64,000 nt of DNA, from assembly GCA_965232515.1 (NCBI GenBank), contig CBDDPY010000002.1:1216001-1280000 (forward strand). The letters run 5' to 3'. Positions 11,021 through 20,227 of the stretch are shown here, piece by piece. The stretch is from Alphaproteobacteria bacterium (GTDB lineage Bacteria > Pseudomonadota > Alphaproteobacteria > GCA-2731375). The notes under the pieces were generated by a model. It searched no databases. It saw nothing but the letters and a program-made list of their open reading frames with translations, and was not told the DNA's origin. Positions within the stretch are counted from its first letter, which is position 1; the number at the start of each line of letters is the position of its first letter. The position numbers and the translations under genes are program-made.

Positions 11021-11385
11021 TGCCGCAACGCCGCCCTCACGAACTGTTGCACCTTGGCGACGTCATCGGGTCCGACCCGCTCGACGGGGAGATAGACGCA
11101 GTCCGGCGGCGGACCGGCGCGCGACCGCCGGCTGGCCGCGGCGGCGAGCCTGATCAGGCGCGACCATCGTTCTGCGGAATTCGGCTCTCGCTCGACCTCC
11201 TCGAGACGGGCGCGGGCCTGCGCGCGCCATAGCCGCCGGCGGCGGTAGGCAATGATGACGGCGATCAGAACGAGAATGCCGACGACGACGAACGGCTCGA
11301 AGGCGATGTCGAACCGCGCAACGTCCTGGGGCGGCACGGGCAGGTGGATGTCGCGCAGGTCCTTCAGAAGTTCCTCGGGCGTCAC
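11017..11385 (-). CDS. DUF4381-like small membrane protein
   Basis: LKDLRDIHLP motif followed by TM helix and Arg run; GTGA overlap with DUF58 stop. Confidence 0.75.
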   Translation of the reverse strand: MTPEELLKDLRDIHLPVPPQDVARFDIAFEPFVVVGILVLIAVIIAYRRRRLWRAQARARLEEVEREPNSAERWSRLIRLAAAASRRSRAGPPPDCVYLPVERVGPDDVAKVQQFVRAALRQ

Positions 11386-12284
11386 GGCCGTCGTTCCCGT
11401 GGCAGGATGTCGAGCGCGTCTTCGACGAACCAACCGCAATTCTGCAATCTACGCCGGCGCTCCTGTCGCAGGCGCGCGATCGTGTCGCGCGTCATCTCGG
11501 ATCCATCGGCGCGGACAACGGCGGTGTCGCGCCGGCGGCGCGCGGCGTTGCGCAACGGATAGCGGCCAGAGGGAATGGCGTCGCGAAACATCGCATCCTC
11601 GACCACGATCGCGCGCAAGGTGCGGCGTTCGGCCAGCACGGCGGAGCGTTTCTCGAACACCGGGTCGATCGTGCCGAAGTCGCTGATCAGACAGATCTCG
11701 TCCCGCTCGCGCAACAGCGGCGACACGCGTTCCAAAACGATCGGCAAGTCCGGATCGTCGGCGCCGTCCCGGACGGCCGCGTAATGCGCCTGCAATCGTT
11801 CCAGCAGCCGCATGACATGTTGACGACCGCGGCGTGGCGCCAGAACGGTCGCATCGGCGCCGGCGACGAGGCCGACGGGTTCCTGCGTCGCGAAGGCTTC
11901 CCAGGACAACCGCGCCGCCACCAGCGCGGCCGTCTTGGCCATCAGCCGATCGCGGGTGCCGAAATAGAGGGCCGGGTGGAGGTCGACGACCAGCATGCGG
12001 GCCCGATGCGATTCAGCGGCAAAGCGCCGCATCTGCACGCTACCGCTGCGCGCGGTCGCCAGCCAATGGATCCAGCGCACGTCGTCGCCGGTCTGATAGG
12101 GACTGATGCCGTCGAAGTCGAGCGTCTGCGCCCAGCCGCGCCCGGTGCGCTCGCCGCTGCCAAATCGCGTGCCGGCGCCGCCGGGCCGGCGGGTATGACG
12201 CGGCTGGACGGCGACCAGCTCGGCCAGATCGAGGCCGATGGCCTGCGCTTCCAGGGTTCGGTCGGGACGCCGCTCAAACCACAC
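11382..12284 (-). CDS. DUF58 (MxaS-like) protein
   Basis: DFDGISPYQTGDDVRWIHWLATAR signature; ISDF; follows MoxR. Confidence 0.88.
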   Translation of the reverse strand: MWFERRPDRTLEAQAIGLDLAELVAVQPRHTRRPGGAGTRFGSGERTGRGWAQTLDFDGISPYQTGDDVRWIHWLATARSGSVQMRRFAAESHRARMLVVDLHPALYFGTRDRLMAKTAALVAARLSWEAFATQEPVGLVAGADATVLAPRRGRQHVMRLLERLQAHYAAVRDGADDPDLPIVLERVSPLLRERDEICLISDFGTIDPVFEKRSAVLAERRTLRAIVVEDAMFRDAIPSGRYPLRNAARRRRDTAVVRADGSEMTRDTIARLRQERRRRLQNCGWFVEDALDILPRERRP

Positions 12285-13275
12285 GAACCTGATCCAGTAG
12301 CGCGCCGATGATGGAACCGGGTGGAACGCCGTCGGCCTCGGCCCGATAGTTCAGGCCAATGCGATGCCGCAGCACCGGCGGCGCCAGGGATTCGACATCC
12401 TCGGGCAGGACATGATCTCGGCCGGCGAGCCAGGCCCGGGCCTGGGCCGCGCGGACCAGCATGATGGAGCCGCGCGGCGAGATGGGATGCGACAGATGCT
12501 CAGCCACACCGTCGAGCGGCGCGGGTTCGCCGCGAGTGCCGGCGACCAGGCGCACGACGAAATCCTTGATCAGCTCGGAGGCATGCACGCGGACGACGGC
12601 GCGCCGGGCGGCGTGGACGTCGGCCTTCGACACCAGATCGGCCACGGCGCCATCGTCTTCGTCAAGAACCTCGCCCATGACCAGATCGAGGATCTCGCGC
12701 TCGACCGTCATGGCGGGATAGTCCATCTCCACATGCACGAAGAAACGGTCGAGCTGGGCCTGCGGGAGGTCCCAAGTGCCGTCATGCTCGATGGGGTTCT
12801 GGGTCGCGATGACGAAAAACGGCTGCTCGAGCGGATGGCTGGTGTCGCCGACCGTGATCTGGCGCTCCTCCATGGCCTCCAGCAGCGCCGACTGCACCTT
12901 GGCCGGGGCCCGGTTGATCTCGTCGGCGAGGATGAAGTTGGCAAACAGCGGCCCGCGCTGGAATTCGAAGCGATGCTCGTGCGGATGGTAGATCGGCGCG
13001 CCGGTCAGATCGCTCGGCAGCAGGTCCGGCGTGAACTGGATACGGTTGAAGCTGCCCTCGATGGCGTGGGCGAGCACTCGCGCGAGCCGCGTCTTGGCGA
13101 GGCCCGGCGCGCCCTCCAACAACACGTGCCCGTCTCCCAGCAGGGCGACGAGAAGATGCTCGGCGGCATCGTTCTGACCGACCACCGAAGCGCGCAGCCG
13201 GTCGCGCAAACCGGCAAACCGCCGCCAGACCGGTTGCGCTTCAATGGCTTCGTTCTCGACCAGCACGCCGTCCAT
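12274..13275 (-). CDS. moxR: MoxR family AAA+ ATPase
   Basis: GHVLLEGAPGLAKT, RIQFTPDLLPSD, DEINRAPAKVQSALLEAMEE, ATQNPIE. Confidence 0.95.
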   Translation of the reverse strand: MDGVLVENEAIEAQPVWRRFAGLRDRLRASVVGQNDAAEHLLVALLGDGHVLLEGAPGLAKTRLARVLAHAIEGSFNRIQFTPDLLPSDLTGAPIYHPHEHRFEFQRGPLFANFILADEINRAPAKVQSALLEAMEERQITVGDTSHPLEQPFFVIATQNPIEHDGTWDLPQAQLDRFFVHVEMDYPAMTVEREILDLVMGEVLDEDDGAVADLVSKADVHAARRAVVRVHASELIKDFVVRLVAGTRGEPAPLDGVAEHLSHPISPRGSIMLVRAAQARAWLAGRDHVLPEDVESLAPPVLRHRIGLNYRAEADGVPPGSIIGALLDQVRVV

Positions 13276-13390
13276 CAAATTGCCACCTTTCGAGAAAAAG
13301 CAGCGTAACGATATCGCCCGATCCCGGTTCGCGCCAGCGCTGTTGTGTGACGCGAGCCCGGACCGGGCAAAGCCGAGAAAAGCACTTGGC

Positions 13391-13414
13391 AAATTAATAC
13401 AACTGTATTAATTT
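13391..13414. promoter_or_regulatory. Perfect AT-rich palindrome, probable TetR operator
   Basis: AAATTAATACA-AC-TGTATTAATTT (11-bp arms) 22 bp upstream of tetR, between divergent tetR and moxR. Confidence 0.7.
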
Positions 13415-13436
13415 CTGCCGGTACAAGGTCGGATCA

Positions 13437-14255
13437 ATGCAACGACCGGGCACGGGAGGCGGCGTGGACACGCGCGAGAAGTTCCTGCTGACGGCGGAAC
13501 GACTGTTCGGAGAACGCGGGATCAACGGCGTCTCGCTGCGCGAGATCAGCCGCGCCGTCGGGCAGCGCAATCCCTCGGCGCTGCAATACCATTTCGGCAG
13601 CCGCGACGCGCTGATCGAGGCGATCCTGGCCAAGCGCATGGGCGTGCTCGACAAGCAGCGGCACGCTTTCCTCGAGGATCTGGCACGCAATGACGGCAAG
13701 GTCAACGTTCGCAACATCGTCCGTGCCATCAAGCAGCCGCTGATCGATCTGCTGCAGGCCGAGGATGGCCCGGTGCAATACCTGCACTTCCTGGTCGAGG
13801 TGTATCTGAACGACGAGATCGACGTGAACGAGCTGGTGTCGGACAAGTATGACGCCGGCCTGCGCCTGGGCTACCGCCTGTATCGGCAGGCCTTGCCGGA
13901 TCTGCCCGAACCGATCGCACGCCAGCGCTATCGCTGGCTCGTACGCTCCGGTCCGTTTCTGTTCGCCGACCTGCACGGAACGATCAAGCGGCGACGCAAG
14001 ACGGGCCGGCCCTTCGATATCGAGCGGGCGCTCGAAAGCACCATCGACATGCTGGTCGGCGCGCTGACCGCGCCGGTCTCCAACGAAACGAAAACGCGGC
14101 TCGCCGCCTCGACGCGGAACGAGCAACGGGAGGAGGACCCCAATGAGCGAGAACGAGATCCAGGTGAAGCCGGTCGCCGGCGCACTCGGCGCGGAAATCC
14201 GGGGCGTCGACATGGCACGGCCGCTCGGCAACCAGACCTTCAAGGAGATTCATGA
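13437..14255 (+). CDS. TetR/AcrR family transcriptional regulator
   Basis: AERLFGERGINGVSLREISRAVGQRNPSALQYHFGSRDAL HTH; ORF overlaps tauD start by 113 nt. Confidence 0.88.
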   Translation: MQRPGTGGGVDTREKFLLTAERLFGERGINGVSLREISRAVGQRNPSALQYHFGSRDALIEAILAKRMGVLDKQRHAFLEDLARNDGKVNVRNIVRAIKQPLIDLLQAEDGPVQYLHFLVEVYLNDEIDVNELVSDKYDAGLRLGYRLYRQALPDLPEPIARQRYRWLVRSGPFLFADLHGTIKRRRKTGRPFDIERALESTIDMLVGALTAPVSNETKTRLAASTRNEQREEDPNERERDPGEAGRRRTRRGNPGRRHGTAARQPDLQGDS

Positions 14256-14991
14256 TGCGCTGATGGCGCATCAGGTGATCTTCTTCCGCGACCAGGAGAT
14301 CACGCCGGCCGAGCACGTCGCCTTCGCGCGCCAGTTCGGCGAACTTCACATCCATCCCTACGCGCCGAGCCTCGAAGACCAGCCCGAGGTGTTGATCCTG
14401 AAGAGCAGCAAGGCGAACCGCTCGGCCGCCAATGCCTGGCATTCCGACGTGACGTTCCAGGAGAAGCCGCCGCTGGGCTCTATCCTGCTGGCGCGCGAGG
14501 TGCCGGATCATGGCGGTGACACCATGTGGGCCGACATGTACGCCGCCTACGAGACGCTGTCGGCGCCGATGAAGCGCTATCTCGACGGCATGACGGCGAT
14601 CCATACCGCCGGCCGGGCCAGCTTCGAGAAGGCCTACGACGATCAGATCGACGATGACCGCAAGCGGGAGATCCGCAGCCAGCGCCTGGCCGAGCCGGCC
14701 GTCGAGCATCCGGTCGTGCGCACGCATCCAGTGACCGGTCGCAAGGCGCTGTTCGTCAACTCGATCTTCACCCAGCGGCTGAGGGGCGTGCCGCGCAAGG
14801 AATCGCAGGCCGTGCTCGACTATCTGTTCGAACATCTGCGCACGCTCGAATTCACCTGCCGCTTTCGCTGGGAACCGGGGTCGGTGGCGTTCTGGGACAA
14901 CCGCTGCACCCAGCACTACGCCATTGCCGACTATGGCGACGCCACCCGAATCATGCATCGCGTCACCGTGAACGGCGACCGGCCCGTGTAG
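14143..14991 (+). CDS. TauD/TfdA family Fe(II)/2-oxoglutarate dioxygenase
   Basis: WHSDVTF, GGDTMW, HPVVRTHP, WDNRCTQHYA, MHR; GGAGGAGG RBS. Confidence 0.95.
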   Translation: MSENEIQVKPVAGALGAEIRGVDMARPLGNQTFKEIHDALMAHQVIFFRDQEITPAEHVAFARQFGELHIHPYAPSLEDQPEVLILKSSKANRSAANAWHSDVTFQEKPPLGSILLAREVPDHGGDTMWADMYAAYETLSAPMKRYLDGMTAIHTAGRASFEKAYDDQIDDDRKREIRSQRLAEPAVEHPVVRTHPVTGRKALFVNSIFTQRLRGVPRKESQAVLDYLFEHLRTLEFTCRFRWEPGSVAFWDNRCTQHYAIADYGDATRIMHRVTVNGDRPV

Positions 14992-15002
14992 GGCCGGCAC
15001 CC

Positions 15003-16964
15003 ATGGCGAACGGCACGCACGCCGGCGGACGCTTCGCCTCGGCGATCCACGGCATCGGGCTGACGATCGCCGCCGCGCTGGCGCTGCATGCCATCTACGT
15101 GGCGCTCGAAGGCCAATACACCCGGCCGGAGCTGATCCGGGCGGCCGTGCTGCTGGTCTGCGCCGTCATCGTCGTCGCCACCTCGCCGCTGGCGGGACGG
15201 CTGCCGGCCGCGTTCGACTCGCCGGCCGGGCGGACGTTGGCCTGGCTGATCGACGCCGCGATGCTGGGCGTGCTGGCCTTCGCCTGCTGGAACTTCGTCG
15301 CCAAGCTCGACGACATGGAGAACCTGGTCGTCAGCTTCAGCACCTGGGATCAGGTCTCGGCGCTGCTGGCGATCCTGGTGCTGCTGGAGCTGACGCGGCG
15401 CGCCTTCGGCCCGATCCTGGCGTCCGTCGGCGTGATCGCGCTGGTCTATTGCCTGTTCGGCGCCGACCTGCCGTGGATCTTCCGCCATTCCGGTTTCAGC
15501 CTCGAGCTGTCCATGGAGATCATCTGGTTCGGGCTGCGGGGCGTGTTCGGATTCGCCACCGGCATCGTCGTGCTGCTGATCCTGGTGTTCATCGTGTTCG
15601 GCGCGCTGCTGGAGGGCACAGGGGCCGGCGCCGTGATGATCCGCATGGCGCTGGCGGCCACCGGCCGCACGCGCGGCGGTCCGGCGCACGCGGCGATCAT
15701 CGCGTCCAGCGTCTTCGGCATGTCGTCGGGCAGCGTCACGGCCAATGTCGTCGGCACCGGCGTCGTCACCATTCCGCTGATCAAGCGCAAAGGCTTCAAG
15801 GGACCGTTCGCCGGCGCCGTCGAGGCCGCGGCGTCAACTGGCGGGCAGTTGATGCCGCCGGTGATGGGCGCGGCGGCATTTCTGATGACGCAACTCGCCG
15901 GCCAGCCCTATCAACTGATCGCGCTCGCCGCCCTGGTGCCGGCGCTGTTCTATTACGGCAGCCTGTTTGTCGCCGTCGGGCAGGAAGCGCGGCGCCTCGG
16001 GATCGAACCGACGCCGCCCGACAAGCGGCAGAAGCTGGAGCCGGGCGACAAGCTGAAGTCACTGATGTTCTTTCTGCCGGTCGCCGCGATCATCACCGTC
16101 CTGGCGCTGGGCCGGTCGCCCTCAATGGCCGGGTTCTGGGCCTGCATTGTCACGATCGTTTCGGCCTTCGCCCTGAATCCGGCCCTGCGCGAAGACCCGA
16201 TGATGCTGTTGAAGGCACTGGCCAAAGGCGGTGTCGCCGGCGCACGCATCATGATGGCGGTGGGCGCGATCGGCGTGCTGATCGCAGTCTTCGAGTTGAC
16301 CGGCCTCGGCCTCAAGTTCGCGACGCAGGTGGCGCTGATCGGCGAGACCACCTTGTTCATGGCGCTGGTCCTGGCCGCGGCGTCCTGCCTGGTCCTGGGC
16401 ATGGGCATGCCGACGCTGCCGGCCTACCTGATCATCGTGCTGGTGCTGGGCCTCGGCATGAAGAAGCTCGGACTGCCGGACCTCGCGATCCACATGTTCG
16501 TGTTCTATTTCGGCGTCCTGTCGGCGATCACGCCACCGGTCGCGCTGGCGGCGGTGGCCGCCGCGCCAATTGCCGGCGCCGAACCGGTGCGAACCGGCCT
16601 CGCCGCCCTGCGTCTGTCGATGGTCGGCTTCATCGTGCCGTTCGTCTTCGTTTACGAACCAAGCCTGCTGCTGGTCGTCGACGGCTTCACTTGGCAGGCC
16701 TTCATCTGGATCGCGCTGCGGCTGGCGTTCGCGGTCTGGCTGCTGACCTCGGCGGCCAGCGGATACGAGCTGCACAAACTGGCAGCATGGTCACGGCTGG
16801 CCCGTTTCAGCGCCGGCATCGCGATTCTGGTCCCCGTTGCGCCGGTGCATTTGGCGGCGGTCGGCGTCGGCATCGCCGTGATCCTGGTCGACCGTGCCAT
16901 CGCCCGCCGCAATCGGCAGGCCGGCGGCACGAACGAGGTCTTGGAGGAGAAGGCGGCATCGTGA
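15003..16964 (+). CDS. TRAP transporter fused 4TM/12TM permease (TAXI type)
   Basis: GGPA, SGSVTANV, EAAASTGGQLMPPVMGAAAF, LGMGMPT, ITPPVA. Confidence 0.93.
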   Translation: MANGTHAGGRFASAIHGIGLTIAAALALHAIYVALEGQYTRPELIRAAVLLVCAVIVVATSPLAGRLPAAFDSPAGRTLAWLIDAAMLGVLAFACWNFVAKLDDMENLVVSFSTWDQVSALLAILVLLELTRRAFGPILASVGVIALVYCLFGADLPWIFRHSGFSLELSMEIIWFGLRGVFGFATGIVVLLILVFIVFGALLEGTGAGAVMIRMALAATGRTRGGPAHAAIIASSVFGMSSGSVTANVVGTGVVTIPLIKRKGFKGPFAGAVEAAASTGGQLMPPVMGAAAFLMTQLAGQPYQLIALAALVPALFYYGSLFVAVGQEARRLGIEPTPPDKRQKLEPGDKLKSLMFFLPVAAIITVLALGRSPSMAGFWACIVTIVSAFALNPALREDPMMLLKALAKGGVAGARIMMAVGAIGVLIAVFELTGLGLKFATQVALIGETTLFMALVLAAASCLVLGMGMPTLPAYLIIVLVLGLGMKKLGLPDLAIHMFVFYFGVLSAITPPVALAAVAAAPIAGAEPVRTGLAALRLSMVGFIVPFVFVYEPSLLLVVDGFTWQAFIWIALRLAFAVWLLTSAASGYELHKLAAWSRLARFSAGIAILVPVAPVHLAAVGVGIAVILVDRAIARRNRQAGGTNEVLEEKAAS

Positions 16965-17023
16965 CATCGGGCCGCGGATCTACGCGTCAGGGCAAAGAAC
17001 CAATGATGGGAGGTAAACGGACA

Positions 17024-18058
17024 ATGTCACAGACAAGCAAGTTGCTGACGACGGCCATGGCGGCCGCCGCGATCGGATTGGCGCTGGGCGGCGCGGCCGC
17101 GGCGCAGGACAAGACCTTTTTGACCATGGACAGCTTTCCGGCCGGCACCACGACCGGGCAGTTCGGCATCGCCTTCACCCAGATCGTGCAGAAGCACCTG
17201 CCGATCGACATTCAGGTCTCGACGGGCAAGCCGGCGACCAAGTCGGCCGTCGACGCGGCGAAACGTAAAGTCGACCTGTTCACGACGGCGCCGTCGATCA
17301 ATCACTTCATGCAGACAAATACGGCGATGTTCGCGAAGGTCGCCGACGCGCCCGCGCTGAACAAGGAGCTGCGCAACATCCTGAACTTCGCGCTCGGGCC
17401 TTATCACATCGTCGTCTACGAGGAGTCCGGCATCCGGTCGCTGAGCGACCTCAAGGGCAAGAAGGTGTTCCTCGGGCCGCCGGCCGGCGCGGCGACCAAG
17501 GTCGCGACCCAGATCGTCGAGGCGGCGACCGACCTAAAGCCCAGCGAGGACTTCGAGGTCATGCGCTATGACTGGAGCTCGGCAGAGACGGCCTTCATCG
17601 ACCGCCAGATGGACGTCCATATCGGGCCGACGACCATGCCGAGCCCGCAGATCCAGCAGTTCGCCCTGGTCTCCAAGATCCGGATTCTCGGCATTCCCGA
17701 CCATGCCTGGGAGCAACCGACGTTGAAGGCGGCGCTGGCGCTGCCAGGCCGGACGATCCACACGATTCCGACCGGTCTCTATGAAAACCAGGTCAACGAG
17801 GCGCCGGTAAAGACGATCGGCTCTTGGGTCGGCATCGGCACGCACAAGGAGCTCGACCCGGAGATCGTCTACCAGATGACCAAGACCTTCTGGGAGAACA
17901 TTGACGATGTCTATCAGACGGCCGCGTGGATGAAGACGATCACGCCGGAAACGATCTTCAACGAATCCAATATCCCGCTGCATGTCGGCGCCTACCGCTA
18001 CTACAAGGAAGCGGGCTTTGCCGTGCCGGCGGACCAGATCCCGCCGGAAGCCAAATGA
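17024..18058 (+). CDS. TAXI family TRAP solute-binding protein
   Basis: Signal peptide; SLSDLKGKKVFLG, VYQMTKTFWEN, IPLHVGAYRYYKE; GGAGG RBS. Confidence 0.92.
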   Translation: MSQTSKLLTTAMAAAAIGLALGGAAAAQDKTFLTMDSFPAGTTTGQFGIAFTQIVQKHLPIDIQVSTGKPATKSAVDAAKRKVDLFTTAPSINHFMQTNTAMFAKVADAPALNKELRNILNFALGPYHIVVYEESGIRSLSDLKGKKVFLGPPAGAATKVATQIVEAATDLKPSEDFEVMRYDWSSAETAFIDRQMDVHIGPTTMPSPQIQQFALVSKIRILGIPDHAWEQPTLKAALALPGRTIHTIPTGLYENQVNEAPVKTIGSWVGIGTHKELDPEIVYQMTKTFWENIDDVYQTAAWMKTITPETIFNESNIPLHVGAYRYYKEAGFAVPADQIPPEAK

Positions 18059-18063
18059 GTCGA

Positions 18064-18104
18064 CGGGCCGCGGCGGCCAAAAACGCCGCGGCCCGCTCTT
18101 CGTT
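18064..18104 (+). terminator. Stem-loop after TAXI gene
   Basis: CGGGCCGCGGCG-8 nt-CGCCGCGGCCCG followed by CTCTTCGTT. Confidence 0.6.
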
Positions 18105-18127
18105 CCAATAACTGTCAGGAAAGCGAC

Positions 18128-20227
18128 ATGGGCAAGGACAGCCTGCGCCGCGTCTTCGAGGCCGGCTCCGTCGCCGTCATTGGGGCGTCCAGCGATCCGA
18201 CCCGCATCGGCGGCCGGCCGGTGGCCATGCTGAAGGCGCATGGTTTCGACGGGCCGGTCTATCCGATCAACCCGAACCGCGACGAGATACAGGGCCTGCC
18301 GGCCTATGCCGCGATCGGCGACGTGCCGGGTCCCGTGGATCTGGCGATCTGCGCGGTGCCGGGCGCGATGGTCGAAGACGTGCTGGGCCAGTGCGCCGCG
18401 AAGGGCGTCGGCGGGGTCGTGGTCTTCGCCGGCGGCTTCGCCGAGGTCGGCGGCGAGGGTGTGGAACAGCAGGCGCGGCTGACAGCCATCGCCCGCGAGA
18501 CCGGCCTGCGCCTGATCGGTCCGAACTGCATGGGTTTCGCCAATTTCGGCCGCCACCTGATGGCGAGCTTCCATCCGGCCTTCGCGCTCGAAATGCCGAC
18601 GGGGCGGATCGGCCTGGTCAGCCAGTCCGGCGCGTTTGGCGGCCTGTCGAGCATGATGGCGGTCGAGCGCGGCGTCGGTTTCAGCCACGCGCTGACCACC
18701 GGTAACGAGGCCGACGTCGACGCCGCCGACTGCCTGGCGTTTCTGGCCGAGGACCGGGCGACGGACGTGATCCTGCTGTATCTCGAGGGCGTCCGCAACG
18801 GCCCGGCCATGCTCGACGCGCTGGCGCTGGCCCGCGCGAACCGCAAGCCGGTCATCGTCGTCAAGCTGGGCCGTACCGAGGCGGGCGCCCGAGCGGCGCA
18901 GTCGCATACCTCGGCGCTGGCCGGGACCGACCGGGTGTTCGAGGCGGTGTTCCGGCAGTTCGGGGCCTATCGCGCCAACTCGATCGAAGAATTCTACGGC
19001 ATCGCCGCGGCACTGGCCGTCGGCGGGTTGCCGAAGGGAAATCGGGTTGGCCTGGTCACCGTCTCGGGCGGCGTCGGCGTGCTGATGGCGGACGACGCGG
19101 CCGCCCGCGGCCTCGACGTGGCGCCGATGCCCGCGGCGACACAGCGGACGTTCAAGGAGATCGTGCCCTATGCCGGCGTCAACAACCCGCTGGACGTCAC
19201 CGGCCAGATCATCAATCAGCCGGAATTGATGAACACGGCGCTGCGGCTGGTGCTGGACGAGGCGGACTACGACGCCATCGTCGGCTTTCAAGGCGCCACG
19301 CTGGCGGCCGGCGACGCCGTCATCGACGAAAAGCTCGACATGTGGCGCGGCCTGAAGCGGGATTATCCCGACAAGTTCCTCTGCGTCGCCGGTCTGGCCA
19401 GACCGGACGTGCAAGCAAGGTTCGAGGCGGCAGGCCTGCCGCTCTGCGTCGAGCCGACGCACGCGACCCGCGCCGCCGCGGCCGGCGCGCATTTCGCCGA
19501 CGCCTTCGCGCGTCCGCCGGGCTGGACCGGCCGACCGAGCACCGGCGGTGCATCGACGCTGCCCAGCGGGCCGCTGACCGAAGTCCAGGCCATGCAGATC
19601 CTTGGCGCCGCCGGCCTGCCGATGACGCCGCACCGGCTTGCCGTGACGGCCGATGAAGCGGTCGCGGCGGCGGAAGCGCTGGGGCTGCCGGTGGCGATGA
19701 AGATCGTTTCGCCCGACATCCTGCACAAAACCGAGATCGGCGGCGTGCGCCTGAACCTCGCCTCGGCGGATGCCGTCCGCAGCGCATTCGCCGAGATCAC
19801 GGATGCGGCCAGGAACCGCGCGCCCCGCGCCGCGATCGCCGGCTGCCTGGTCGCCCCGATGCTGACCGGCGGTGTCGAGACCATTCTCGGCATCCACATG
19901 GACCCGGTGTTCGGGCCGCTGGTGATGTTCGGTCTCGGCGGCGTCCTGGTGGAAGTGCTGGAGGACGTGAGCTTCCGCGTCGCGCCCTTCGACGACGGCG
20001 AGGCGCATCGCATGATCGACGAAATCAAGGGCCGCGCGGTGCTGGACGGCGTGCGCGGTGCGCCGGCCGCCGATATCGACGCATTGGCGGCGGCGCTGGC
20101 GACGCTGTCGCGGTTTGCCGCCGCGCAGGCCGACCGGCTGCTGTCGGTGGATCTCAATCCGTTCGTCGTATTGCCGAGCGGCGAGGGGGCGGTGGCGCTG
20201 GACGCGGTGCTGGAGGTGCGGAGTTGA
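18128..20227 (+). CDS. Acyl-CoA synthetase (NDP-forming), acetate-CoA ligase family
   Basis: VAVIGAS, GPNCMG, SQSG, SHTSALAG phospho-His, NPLD, KIVSPDILHKTEIGGV, DLNP. Confidence 0.93.
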   Translation: MGKDSLRRVFEAGSVAVIGASSDPTRIGGRPVAMLKAHGFDGPVYPINPNRDEIQGLPAYAAIGDVPGPVDLAICAVPGAMVEDVLGQCAAKGVGGVVVFAGGFAEVGGEGVEQQARLTAIARETGLRLIGPNCMGFANFGRHLMASFHPAFALEMPTGRIGLVSQSGAFGGLSSMMAVERGVGFSHALTTGNEADVDAADCLAFLAEDRATDVILLYLEGVRNGPAMLDALALARANRKPVIVVKLGRTEAGARAAQSHTSALAGTDRVFEAVFRQFGAYRANSIEEFYGIAAALAVGGLPKGNRVGLVTVSGGVGVLMADDAAARGLDVAPMPAATQRTFKEIVPYAGVNNPLDVTGQIINQPELMNTALRLVLDEADYDAIVGFQGATLAAGDAVIDEKLDMWRGLKRDYPDKFLCVAGLARPDVQARFEAAGLPLCVEPTHATRAAAAGAHFADAFARPPGWTGRPSTGGASTLPSGPLTEVQAMQILGAAGLPMTPHRLAVTADEAVAAAEALGLPVAMKIVSPDILHKTEIGGVRLNLASADAVRSAFAEITDAARNRAPRAAIAGCLVAPMLTGGVETILGIHMDPVFGPLVMFGLGGVLVEVLEDVSFRVAPFDDGEAHRMIDEIKGRAVLDGVRGAPAADIDALAAALATLSRFAAAQADRLLSVDLNPFVVLPSGEGAVALDAVLEVRS

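Noticed and set aside
15449-18058. 869-aa ORF suggesting a large TAXI fusion
   Set aside because: The N-terminal part is an off-frame shadow of the TRAP permease; the real gene starts at 17024 with RBS and signal peptide
17534-20008. Long antisense ORFs (also 4801-6210, 25615-27234, 37118-39118, 42990-44675)
   Set aside because: Typical stop-poor antisense shadows of real genes in high-GC DNA; no recognisable motifs
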